The translations under genes and the position numbers were made by a program. Positions 1 through 11,635 of a DNA stretch of 64,000 nt are shown in pieces. Position 1 is the stretch's first letter. The number at the start of each line of letters is the position of its first letter. The notes beneath the pieces are model-generated. The model did not search any database and was not told where the DNA came from. It saw only the letters and a program-made list of their open reading frames with translations. The DNA comes from Raillietiella orientalis (Eukaryota). The stretch is taken from NCBI GenBank assembly GCA_036172245.1, contig JAYWIR010000027.1, positions 1,922,001 to 1,986,000 of the forward strand, given 5' to 3'.

Positions 1-719
1 GCGAACACTGAAGCGACGTCTTCGGAAAGATGCACAGCACATGTGGGAGCAGCCGAGAGAAGGAGGCTGCTGACTGTTCCGCCGAGGCGGACTCTCACAG
101 AGGACAGGAAACAGGATAGGGAGGGGGGGTATGTAGGGTGGAGAGGGACGCTGATGGAGGTGGGAGATGTAAGGGATGTATAAGCCCAGTGTGGACAGAA
201 GCAAGATGGGGAGAGGATAGGAGTAGGGGTAGTGGAATGAGTATGTGGATGATGGTAAGCTAAAGGGGAAATGAGTTGAAAGTAGAGTTAGAATGAGGAA
301 GTGAGCAGGGGCCGGGAGGAATTGGGAGGGTCGGGTGTTAGAGAGGGAGTTTGAACGCGAGCCGAGGGGAAAGGGGCCTACAGGGATCAAGATGGAGGGA
401 AACTCTCATTGGAACCTGCAGGTTCCTTCGTGAAGGGGTAGGGAACCGCTCCGGGAAGGGGGAGCGATGCGTTCTGATAGTGCATTGAAAGGTCTTGCGT
501 CCTGGAGAAAAGATGAGTGAGGAGTACGGTTTAACGGTCAGCTTCGACCCAGCTTCCACATTGCCTTGGAGGTGAAGCAGGAAGCCTGATGCTTCAGCGA
601 GGATCCCGTCTACCCGGATGAGCTACTTTTTTCTTTCAGGATACATTCCCATGGGACCTTACCCTACAGCATGCTGAAAATTCAAATCCTTCTTTCCCCT
701 CAACTACCATTTGAATTGT

Positions 720-1980
720 GTTTCTGAACGTTTATTTCTGAAACGAACACTCAGGTGCAACCGGGCTATAAACTCCCTCTCCAAGGAGACCCGGCGACAT
801 CCTGAAGGGCACTCTGCGGTCCCCCGTTTCTCTCCTTCCGCGGGAGCGAGCCGCCGAAACGGCGACCGCACGAAGAGAGGACGACGCTTGTCCGGGCTGT
901 CAGATAACGGGAGGGGGCCGTCGTCCGCGTTAGGGCGGACCGACTCGGAAGTTGCTCGCGAAGGTGCAGCGACTGTGAGGGTGCGACGCTTTAGGCTCAA
1001 CGGAGCAGATGCGTCGAAGAAGGGTCAGTCGTCGGAGTCCACGTTGTCCAGACAGGAGCAAGCTCTACACGAGGGGCGTCTGCGAAGATCGGACTCCCTC
1101 TCCCCCCCTCATGCTGGCCGCTAAACGAAAGGGAGGAGGAGACGGACAGAGGCGGGATGATGCCCAGTGCTCGGCGCCGTGCCGTCGACATCACCTCTGA
1201 ATCCTCTTCCCGGGCGCCGGACTCACGCGGGGTGGTGGGCGACCCGTCCACAGTTCGGATGCGGCAGACGGCTGGATGATGACGGATCGTGGGCGCTGCG
1301 AGGCGCTAGACTCTTGCGGAACGTTTGGCATGCCGCCAGTGGAGCGCGGGAAGTGCTGTGGGCGCGCCGGCGCTGCCTCCCTGTGCGACCTTCGCGACAT
1401 GCCTGGCCTCTTGGCCGGGAAGAGTCGGATCCGCAGCTCTGGCCACCATCCAAGCTGTCTGAGACGCATTTTCTCTGGAGGAGATGACGTCTAATGGACC
1501 AAGTTCCCTTTGACAGGCGTCTGCAGCATTGTCCCGTCGCAGCCTTCCCACAACGGAAGACACCCTGACACTGTGGAGTCCAAACGGGAAGAGGTACTCG
1601 GGGGAAGGGGAGACAGCTCCTTAGGATTGGTCAGGGACTCCCGAGCTCCCTCGGGACGGAGCTGGAGGACGACAGCCAAACACGTCAATAGTGCCGCTCC
1701 ATCACCGTCCTCGAACGTGGAGCCGGAGCATAGCCATGGGGCGAGGCGTCGGCGCGATTCCAGAACTGAGAAATGATCGACTCGTCGCACGCGCACGAGT
1801 CGATTCCTTCCTCTTCTCTGCAGTCTTCCTCTTCTCTAGAAAAAGTGCTCTCTGCAGGGGATCAAGAAGACGAAGATCCACCCTCCTCCTCCGCGGGAGA
1901 GCGTTCCGCTTGATGCCGCGGATGTCAAGCGGAACCTTTTGGGCCCCTCCGACTTGCGCGCAGTCCAGTCGGGATCCCCC
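720..1980 (-). mobile_element. Degenerate 3' fragment of an L1/Tx1-clade LINE ORF2 (post-RT region, zf-RVT relic)
   Basis: Frameshifted minus-strand peptides in the expected order: SRRRLAPWLCSGSTFEDG..AALLTCLA, QRELGPLDVISSRENASQTAWMV (cf. GGLGLxDL), PLSDSPDKRRPLFVRSPFRRL (cf. CPLC..ET..HLF..CP). Ends near AATAAACG (-) at ~729-736. Confidence 0.5.
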
Positions 1981-3739
1981 CCATCCACTTCCTTCGAGGG
2001 CCGCCGCGGAGCCGAAGAGGGGCAAAAAAAAAAAAAAAAAACAAAGTTTTTTGCTTCTCAGGAGAAAGACGCTTCCCGCTATCGTCCCTAGCAGTCACAC
2101 CGCACCTCCTGCCGTTTCCTGCGCAACGTTCGGAGCTGGCTGAGCTGAGCGGGTGGGGTGGCACGTCTGGCGAGCCGGAGTCGAGCGACGTGGGCTGTTT
2201 CCAAGACGAGCTGCTCGGTGACGCAACTGCAGGAAGGGGCACAGACGGTTTCCTTTTCATCCTTTCATCCTTGCGTTTTCTGTTTCCATCCCTACGCTGC
2301 CTGCGCACGACTCTGCTCGCGCGAATTTTGAAACGGTTGCAGCGTCGAATGCGGAGGGTTAGCGGATTCGTTCGCCGTCCAGCTTTCCACGTTACTATGG
2401 TCACAGAATGTATCATTCGGAATGAGGGGAGCGCCGTGGTTTTTAAGCACAGCCTTGAATGGTCGCCTTCGTATTTCGGAGTCACTTCAGTTTGAGAAGT
2501 GTCGTTCCTAGAAAAACAAGAAAATGTTCGTTTCATAACAGGAAACGCATCGCACGCTTGGCACAAGTGCGCCAAGTGTTACCATGGCGACTGCATTGCA
2601 AACAGTTTTATTCGTTCTGGTAGCCGCTCAATTTGAGATGTGATAAAAGTGTGCGCGAGGAGAGGGAGAGAGAGAGAAAACAAAAAAAAATGTGCGGAGA
2701 CGGTTGGGTTTCGAACACTTAACAACATTCCAAAAGCGAAAAGCAAGCGGTAGGAGGGGGCACAGATGAAACGACAGTCGGAGTTATGCACCCGAGAGCG
2801 AGGTGGGGCGATGACGTAAGTTCCATGGTGCACGCGCAACCCGCTCCGAAGCTTTTCTGTTCTGCCAATGAGGTTTTCTTGTCCCCCACCCCCTTCTCCT
2901 GAGAACGGATGCCAGGATTAGCTGAGAATAAAGGTGATTCCGGACGAAGCTCAGGCATATCCGAAGGGTGTCGCCGTCCTGTGTGTCTCACAAACGTTCC
3001 TGATTCAAGAACGCGAATGCACCAGCGGGCAGCAGTGCAAGCGCATGCGCGGAGAGGAACCGAACACGAACTCGGGATGCCGCATCCCGAGTTCGCGGTG
3101 CAGAAAAAGAAAGGGGGGGGGGAGGAAGGGGAAGAGAGAAAGAAAACAAAAACACTCGTTTTGCAAATTTTCTTTCGAATCTCTCTGCCGCCGCCCTCCT
3201 CCTGCATCCCTGTCTGGAGGCCTTCGGGATCCCCTGCGTCTCTTGTGGTACCCAGAGGCAGGGTGGATCGAAGAAACATCTTCCGTAGATACGCATGCTT
3301 GGAGTGGCACCTGTCTGCGTCTCGATGGGTTTGTTGCTCTTTGAGAATCAGCCCGCACCAATGGGTTCGCACTTGGTGTATGTATGTGTGTAAGTGTGTG
3401 TGTATGCGCGCGCGCTTTCCTCCGCGATGCTGCAAACAGAAAACGCACACACGCGGAAAGATGAAAGAAAAAAGAGGAAGAGGGGGGTGGAAGGGGGGAG
3501 GGAAACGCACGCACGCGCTCTCGGCATCTCAACACTGAAAGCTGCACGCGCCTGGAAAGATGTGTATCTGTTCTTTCTCATCAAGCCCCCCCCCCCCCCG
3601 GAATCAAGCAAGAATTCGTTCGTTTCCTCCCTTCCTTGCCTTTCTATGTTATCTCCTTTATCCCATCCCCTTTGAGGGGATGGGATAAAGAGATTCAATT
3701 CATACTTGAGGGTGTAAGTATGAATCGAATCTCTCTTGC

Positions 3740-5800
3740 ACCGCTTGGTATGGGATGCTGGCAGGAAGGACTTCGCTGGTCTCTTCGGGGACGCCTGCCC
3801 CCCTCCCCTCGAAAGTCTCCTTCACACTTTTGTGGGTCCTCATGCCCCACGAAAGTCTCAATTCCTCAGAAAGCTCTCCGGTGCACAAGTCATTCCCTCT
3901 GTGTAGGTGACCGTCCTGGAACGTTGGGACCCCTCCTCAACCGGGATGACAGAGGACGATTCTCTCCGATCTTTCTCTCTGCCCCCTCTTCTCTGGAGGA
4001 AGAGCAGCAGCGGTCGCAGCAGCACGAATGGCGTCACTGGAGTCACACGCTGTCCGGAGTCACCAGCAGTCCATTCCCTGCAGGATGGAAGACTCCAGGA
4101 TGAGAAGAATGCACAACGGAACCCGCAACAAGGGGTGGCAACCGTGGGGAAAGGTGGGTAAGGGGGGGGATGAGGGGGATCAATGGAACAACAACAATGG
4201 AAAACAATGGAAACGAAAACGAGACAAAGAGGGCGAACAACGATAATTGACCGCGCTGCATGCACGAAGATCTAGACAAAGACACGCCGTGTAAGCGCGC
4301 GCATGCGTGCACCGAACGTTTGCAAGAGACCAGAATTCTACAGTGGCGTCTGCCAGAGCGGACCTCGCAGTTAGCGGCTGTCTCCATGCTGTGCCACGTT
4401 AGCATTGACCTGGTCTTGCGAATGGCGAAAGGTGGCCGGGAGGTCTACGGGGAAGGAGGTGGAGAGTTCCCGGGAGTCGCCGCAAAGACAGCCTTGCGAA
4501 CCTTCTCCAGAACCTTGAGATGGTCGCCTTCTTCCGTGTGCTGAGGTTTTCACCTCCTTCTCACTGGGAGCCCTGAAGTCCAAATGACGGAACGGAAGGG
4601 GGCGGCTCCGGACGTCGCGCTCCGCGGCTCAATGCGCTCCACCGTTCATCCAGCAGGCGTGGCGCGCGCACATCTCTTCCCTAGATCTCGGTCTGCGAAT
4701 TCCATGCGAACCTTCGCCCGAAGGTTCGCCAACGCGGAGCCCACGGTCGAAGGGACCGTGTCCCCAAGGACGTGCTAAGCTGGCCTGCGGGAGACGCGCC
4801 CGCCCTTCGATTCGGAGGCCCCCGTTGCGCCACAGCTTTCGAGCTGGCCCGACTCAAGCAAGTAAGTGGTGCGATCTGGGATCCGCCTCGGGGATCGGGT
4901 GCTGCGGTCCCTCCTCGCCAATGCTGCTTCAAGGGGGGAGAATGAGGCAGAGGGTGCCTTCCTAGGTTTTCTGGGGAAACTTCGATGGGCCGGTCGGTGC
5001 GCACGCCAGCGGGACTTCCGGAAGTCGCTCTCCTCCCCTGCATTCACGGCCTGACGTCCTCCGGCATTGCGTGCCCCCGGGAGCGGTTGAACCTCCCTCT
5101 CCTCGGAGGGACGGCCAGTTGCGGTCTCGCCCGCCCCCCTCCCGAAGGCGCCCGGGCGCTTCGATAGCGCCGCGCCGCCAGGGGAACACGCGAATGCTAA
5201 GGGGCAGCCGCGGCCCCTTGGAGGCCCTGGAAGGGAAGAACTGCACCACGCGAGTCCAAGAACGGAAGAGGGCGATGGAAACTTCCATCAACGATGACGA
5301 GTTCCATCAACACCACCGCTGCCCCTAGGTTGGGGGGCGAGGGGCATTCCGGAAGAAACGCGACCTTGGAAGAAGGGAGACGGGAACTCGCGTGGTCACT
5401 ATTGCTTGGAGGGGGGAATTCAGGGCCTGGCTCCGCTGGGCTGGAGCCACTGCGGCGACGTCAGGGAGAGGCGAAAGCACTCGCCACGGGGCATCAGCCA
5501 GCGGGCCCTCCACAGTCACTCAGTCCGAGGAAATGCCACTCATCTCCGGTCCTGGAACGGGGAGAGAAGTCAGCGGGCGCCTCCCGCTCTCGTTCGCCCA
5601 CTCGCGTGGCAGACGTCCCGGGGAGTCTCTCCCGAAAGAGGCTGTGGGGCGGGCTTCCCCAGTGCAGGTGACAGCGCCAGAGACGGGCAGCAGGGACCCC
5701 CTCCATCCCCTTCAGACTGGAAGAGGGGCCGCCCCGGCCGACCGAACACAGTCCGGCAAGGAGGGTGATGTCGAGTCCTCTTCCCTGGGCAGCAGTAGCG
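3740..5800 (-). mobile_element. Highly degenerate L1/Tx1-like ORF2 remnant(s) downstream of the RhoGEF gene
   Basis: SDH followed by QPRGSG..WNSSSLME (end of APE endonuclease, cf. SDH...RGPGYWKLNxSLL) at ~5400-5270; LDFRAPSEKEVK (cf. LxxPIxxxEV) at ~4580. Boundaries approximate. Confidence 0.4.
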
Positions 5801-5855
5801 TCCGGAGGCGGAAGGAAGAACATGGCTGGCTGAAGCGAGGCGTCCCTGTGTTTTT

Positions 5856-5861
5856 TTTATT
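5856..5861 (-). terminator. Candidate polyadenylation signal AATAAA of the RhoGEF gene
   Basis: TTTATT on + (AATAAA on -) ~100 nt downstream of the TGA, in a short AT-rich patch within GC-rich flanks. Confidence 0.5.
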
Positions 5862-5962
5862 CGTAGAAAATAAATAACGGCGGCATCGTGGCTCCGGGAA
5901 GGACATGGGCTCGGGCCGGCGGGGGCGAAAGGAGAGTGGGTCAGGCAGGTGCCGCAGGGGGG

Positions 5963-8900
5963 TCACAGCTCTGTCGTGAGGTGCTCGTTGCGGCAAGTGA
6001 GCACGGAGGGCAGCAGGAAGAGTCCAGAGTCGGAGGACACCACGCTGTCTGATCTGTCCACCCCCCCGCCTGCGCCCCCTCCTTTCCTGGAGTCGTCCTC
6101 GCAGCTCAGGGACACATCTGACACGACGCCGCTCTCTGAGCGGAAGAGGGTCGGGGAGGGGAAAGGGGCGGTCGGACGGGCGCACCTGGACGGACAGTCC
6201 TCACCTGTCGAACACTGCGAGCAAAGAGTGACGGTGCGGCCGCCGCCGCCGCCGCCGTCGACGGGGTCGAAGGCGAGGTTGGCAAACCCTCCGCAGGAGG
6301 ACTTGCTGCTGGACGACGACGAGGACGAGCTGACCGAGATGACGGAGTGGGGGCGACCTCCTGCGACCCCCCTCGTCACGGACGCGTGGTGGTGGTGGTG
6401 GTGGTGGAGGTAGTGGCCTCCCGGGAGCGCCACGGAGCGGTCCTGGATGCGGTTCTTGCTCGGACGGATGTCCAGGCAGGGCTTGTTGCCGATACCCATC
6501 GAGGTCATCTCGGCGAAGCGCAGCTCTACGGGGTGCAGAGGGGCGCAAGAAGAGGAGGAAGGCGAAAGCCGAGAGGGAGGGAGAAAGCAGAAGAAAGGGG
6601 CGAGGAGTGGGGTCGAACCTCGGTTGGCCACGGCCTGCTTCCAGAGGATTTGCGAGACTTCCTGGATCCAGGCATTGCGAACCTCTGGCGAGGACGCTTG
6701 CAGGGTCAGTGTGTCGGACGCCTTCCGCTTTCGGAACCAGATCTCGAAGCGCGTCCTGCTCTCCCCGAGCTGCTCCGTCAGCCCCACGTCCGATGTCTTC
6801 ATCGAGTGCTTGTACACGTACAGGTCCAGATTCTGGAGGGGGGAAGGAGCAAAGGAGTGGGGGCTGAGGCGAGGCGAGCCTGGGGCCCGCCCGACGTACC
6901 TTCCTCTCGGGGTCCCTTCTGGCCTTGCTAAAGAGGATGAGGTGCTCGAAGAGGAAGACGCGGCGCACGGCCTTGCGACCTCGGGCGCCGCTGCCCTGCC
7001 AGACGACGAACTCGTCCTGTCTCAGCAGGCGCCCCTGCTCGGTCAGGCAGACATCGCAGTCCCGCAGCGAGTCCATCGCCAGCAGGTCGTTCCCATGGCG
7101 CAGCTGGAAGCGCACCATCCGCTCCGCGCGCTGAAGCTCCCCGTGCTCCTGCCATCCCGGCGGGCACTCCTTCAGCAGCTGCTTCAGCAGCAGCGCGTAC
7201 TTCCCCATGCGCTGCACCGGCTTCAGCAGGTAGCTGCCCAGGTCCATGCGGTCGCCCAGCTCCGCCTGCTTGCGCTGGAAGGCGAGGAGGTGGGAGAGGG
7301 TAGAAAAAGGGACGGAAGGGTAGGGGGGAAACGGTGACGTGCACGCTCCCCTCTCCTCCTCACATGTGGCGCGGGAACCCTACTGACCTTAAAGAAGGCG
7401 ACCCCGTACTCGGACATGAGACTTTCCGACTTGGGCTTGTTCTTGTTGTACAGCGCGTACAGGTAGAACTGCTTCTCCTACGAAAGAGAAGATGGGGCAG
7501 GTCCCAGAAGAGCGCGGAGGTGTGCTTGTGGGGCGGGGGAAGGAGGGGAAAGCGAGTCCACCCACGTGTTTCAGAAAGCAGCTCCCGACCTGCAACGGCG
7601 CCCGCTCCCCGGTGACCTCGAGCTCGTGGAGGAAGTGCTGCCGGTGGAACTCGTGGATGCGCTCGACGTTGCCGAAGATAGTGTTGCGCTGCCCCCTAAG
7701 GGCCTGCGGGATGTCGGGTCGGGCCAGCTCCGGCACGTAGTTCTGCGGAAAGAGGAGGGGGAGGAGGGAAAAGGGGGGAGGGGAGTTAGAGCCGTGCCCT
7801 CGTCCGCCTCCACCCATCCTTCCCCTCTCGCGTCACTCTCACCTCGATCACGTACTCCAGGGCCCTCACGTAGTCCGCCTCTGTCTGCAGCATCTCCTTG
7901 ATGATCATCTGCACCGTCCTGGAAGGAAGGACACGGTGTCGCGCGCTCCGGCCCCGCTCCTCCCTCGGCGGCCGCGAGGGGGGGGGAAACTCACTTTTTG
8001 CTCTTGGCGCCCACGGAGCCGCTGCAGTCGCCGGAGGAGGAGGACTGCCTGATCAGGGCAGGGTGGGATCCACAGCAGTGGCCACTGCCGCCACCGGCGG
8101 AGACGACGGGGTGGCTGATCTTCCGGTGGAGCGCTAGCAGGGGCCTGTCGGCGACGTTGACGTACACGGCGTCGTCCGGACGACCGGGATGGAGGCCGCG
8201 CGCCGCAGGGCTGCGGACGGACAGTGGAGGGTGTCGACAGGGGTCGCCCGCGAGAGCGGCCTACCGCCCGGCGATCTCCGTGTCGCATGAGGACGCGTCC
8301 TCTTCAGCGGAGGCGAAACCGTCGCAGCGCGCCTCAGGCACCTCGCACAGCGACGTGCGAGAACCAGCGCCGTTGGAGTACCACCGGCAGCACATGCGCG
8401 GGAGGGCTGCTCCCGCGTCCAGGGACCTCCGCCGCCGCTTCCCCTCCAGCAGGGCCTTCTTCCCCATGATGAAGTTGAGCGTATCGACGCAGCGGTTCCG
8501 TGCCAGCTGTCCCAGTAGCAGAGGGAACGGCAGGGAGCAAGTCGGCCGACCCTCACGCCTGAGGACTCACCTTGGACTGCTCCAGGAGCTTCGGGTTGTT
8601 GAGGCTGGCGGCGAGCTCCAGCATGTCGTCGAAGAAAGAGGCCTCCAGGGGCGGATGCTGCAGCAGGAAGCCGTCCACGTGTTCCAGCACGTGGACGGCT
8701 TCCTCCATGTCGCCATCGGCGGCGTCCAGCTTGAGGAAGGACACGCACTTCATGGCTTCCAGGGCCCACTCATACGCCTGCAAGCGGAGGAGGAGGGGAA
8801 CGGAAACTCGGGCAGGAGTACCTTGTCCAGAAGCTGGTAGCACCGGGACGTGTCCTCCAGCCTCTCGCGCGTGTCTTCCAAGCGGTCCGTGAAGCTCTTC

Positions 8901-11635
8901 AGATGCTCCTTGAGCGACGCTGCCACGCTGCGGACGCCTTCCGCCTCAGCGTCGCCCGAGGCGCTGTCCAGGATGTCCTGCCCCTTCTCGATGTGTTTCT
9001 ACGCGGCAACAACAAAAAAAAAGGAGGGAGGGGAGAGGGGGGGAGGTGAAGAAGGAAGGAGGAGAAGAGGGAGATGACACGCGTGTAAGTGCTGGGTGCG
9101 GGAACCCTACCATGGCAACGAAGTAGAACTTTTCGAACTCCGCCTCCTGCTGCTTGATGTCTTCGACGTTGTCGGACATCTTGTGGTGCCGTTTCAGCGT
9201 CTCCTCTCCCTTGTGGTAGAGCCACGATAGCACCTGACCCGGAAGAAGAGGTGGTTAGAGGTCAAGGTGCGATTCGTCTTGTCGAAGGTTGCCGAAGGGG
9301 ACGATCGAACCGCGCGGGCTTCCCTTGGCAACCCGTCGCACCCGCGGCTCCCCATACCGGTTCTCTCGCCCACCTTCCGGAGCCCGGCCCGGATGTGCGT
9401 TTACCGTGTCGCCGTCCTCCTCTAGCTGGCGGAACTGCAGGAACTTGTCCAGCTTGTTGAGCTTCCTCTGGATGGCGCGGTTCATGACGTTGACCACCTT
9501 CTGCACCCCGGAGAAGGACGTCGCGGCGCGCGCGCACCAGCTCCTGGAGAGGAAAATGGCGCATCGGGACGAGGATCTCCTCATAAGGGAGCGGGAGAGG
9601 GGTGGGCGGGTGGGGAGGAAGCGGGCGGCATCCCGCCGCTGCTGACCTGAGGTCTCCGCTGTACGGCATCTCGCCGGAGAGCGTGTTGAGGCGCAGCAGC
9701 ACCGCGTTGCCCGAGGCGACCAGTTCCCGCAACCTCCGGTCGCGTAGCGTCCTGTCCAGGATGCCTTTGTATTCCTGGAGGGGTGTGGCCTTGCCCCGTC
9801 AGCCGCGAGGAGGAAGAGGGTGGCAGCCACCCGGAACCCACCTGCACTGAGCGCTTCGCCTGGGTCGCGCACTGCGGCGCCGGCTCCTCGTTGACTTGGG
9901 TCAGCGCGTCAGCGATGCTGTGAGACACGCGATGGCAGTCCAGCAGGAACGGTTCCAGGCACTGTCGGGCCGCGGGAGAACAGCAGAAGGGGGGGGGGAA
10001 AGGTGGAAGAGAAGGGGGGTAAGGCGGACCCCCCGGTCCCTCTCGCCGTTCCCGTCTCCACTGATTGCTCCCTCCCTCCCGGACTCACCCGACGGAACTC
10101 CAGCCACGCCTCGTGCTTGTACGCGCAGCGCCCTCCCAGCTCCGCGGGAAGCTGGTCTGCGCCCAGTTCTTCCGGAAGCTCCGACGGGTCGACGCGCTGC
10201 CAGCCCTCGGGGACTTCCCCGTCGACGGTGGTGGGCACCAGGACGACCCTGTCGACTCTCAGCTGAGAGCACTGGGGAAAGCAGAAGGGGAGTAGGAAAG
10301 GGGGGAGGGGAAAGCGAACGGGGTCGTTCGCTTCCTCCCTACGAGATGGCGCACTGACGACGACGCCGTCTCACCTGCTCGGTGCGCAGCAGCTCCTGTA
10401 GGCGGGTCAGGTCGCCCGCGCAGGCGTCTGCACCGCACACCACGAGCACGATGCCGCCGCCCGCGTACCGGTCGCTCTTCCTACGGCCGGCGCCGCCGCG
10501 GGGTCATCCCCCAAAGGGAGCGGTCGGCTCTTTACCTGCGCACGGAGTCCAAGTACTGCAGGCACGCGACGAGGTCGTCGTCCGAGGGAGCGACGTCCGC
10601 GGGGAGCGAGGACAGGCGCGCAGGCAGGCACACGATGACGTCGGACCCCTCCTTCGTGCGGACATCTGGAACGGATGGGGTCCTTCACTGCCCCCCGGGG
10701 GGGAAAGGAGGCAGCGGCTCACCGGGGAGGAAAAACAGCTGCGACTCGAGCAGGCCGGCCGGGACGTCGTCCGGGGAGGAAGCGAGCTGCCGGGAAAGCC
10801 GGTCTTCTTCCTCGGGGGGGGTCGTCCGCCCTGCAAGGAGGAGGCTGGAAGGCGGCCGCACGCGAGGGGGAGGGGGGGAAGGGGGATGATCCTGCTGCGA
10901 GGAGGGGCTCGGTTTACCTCGGATCTCGCCATGGCGGCGGTCGTGGGGGGCCTCCGGGGGAGGGGGAGGAACGCCGCCGCCGGGAGGTTGTTCCCGGGGG
11001 AGGGGCTGCGACTGCGGGAGGGGATCCCCGGAGCACGGCGCGGTGCTGTCCTCGCCCGCGGCGGCGCTGGGGGGCTGCTGCCGGCGGCTGCCGTCCCTGG
11101 AGTTCTCGCACACCGTGCACGTGACCGCGTTGATGAGGCCGCTGGCGAAGTCCACGAAGCAGCGGACGTCCTCGGGCTGCTCGTTCCTGGACGACGACGC
11201 GCCCTTCTTCCCCTCCCCCCAGTTGTAGAGGAACGTGTTCAGCTGCACCCTCTCGATGCGCTGCTCCACGGAGACGAGCAGGCTGTCCAGTGCGCACTGC
11301 AGGCTCTCGAGAGAGCGCGGTTCCATGTCGGGAGGGGGAAAGGGACCAAGGGATGTAGGGATCTCCCTCTTCACGATGCCGGCGTCCGTCCTGCACCCGA
11401 GCAGGAGCGCTCCTCCGGGAACCGGCCCGCCGCCGCCGTAGCAGCAGCCGTCGTCGTCATGGCAGCGGTCGCCGCCGCCGCTGCCGTCGAGCGTGACCGC
11501 GATGTAGCAGTCACCCAGCCTCAGCAAGCTGTCGTCGATCTCCTTGATGTGGACTAGAAGGACGCCGTCCACGCTCGCGCAGAAGTCCTGCTTTGGTCCA
11601 TGCAGCAGCAGCCGCGTCGTCAGCCAATCGTGCAA
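5963..11635 (-). CDS. PLEKHG4: Puratrophin-1/PLEKHG4(B)/ARHGEF40-family Rho guanine nucleotide exchange factor (N-terminal family region, divergent SEC14-like region, spectrin-like repeats, DH, PH, low-complexity tail); 5' end incomplete
   Basis: Hand-spliced GT-AG exons in + coordinates, transcribed high to low: 10918-11635, 10723-10830, 10536-10665, 10375-10480, 10089-10271, 9842-9961, 9647-9774, 9405-9543, 9111-9233, 8822-8998, 8571-8777, 8265-8506, 7995-8210, 7843-7918, 7566-7742, 7388-7477, 6900-7274, 6619-6832, 6205-6525, 5963-6135 (TGA at 5965-5963). Total 4023 nt with consistent phases. DH motifs: IIKEMLQTEADYVRALEYVIENY, LRGQRNTIFGNVERIHEFH, MDLGSYLLKPVQRMGKYALLL. PH: EQGRLLRQDEF...RRVFLFEHLILFSK...FEIWFRKRK. 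Family signatures: RFQLRHGNDLLAMD, SMGIGNKPCLDI, RPHSVIS, and N-terminal VLLVHIKEIDDSLLRLGDCYIAV. Confidence 0.93.

Noticed and set aside
1..660. Purine-rich start of the window as the 3' end of another minus-strand LINE
   Set aside because: Plausible from composition, but no diagnostic motif was found.
1167..1600. Plus-strand zf-RVT-like peptide (HFLWRR*RLMDQVPFDRRL)
   Set aside because: The minus strand gives several ordered ORF2 motifs over the same bases, so the + reading is probably antisense chance similarity.
6347..11557. Long + strand ORFs (e.g. 6447..7337, 7998..8840, 10382..11557; also 60791..61891)
   Set aside because: Antisense shadows of high-GC3 coding exons; no domain content.
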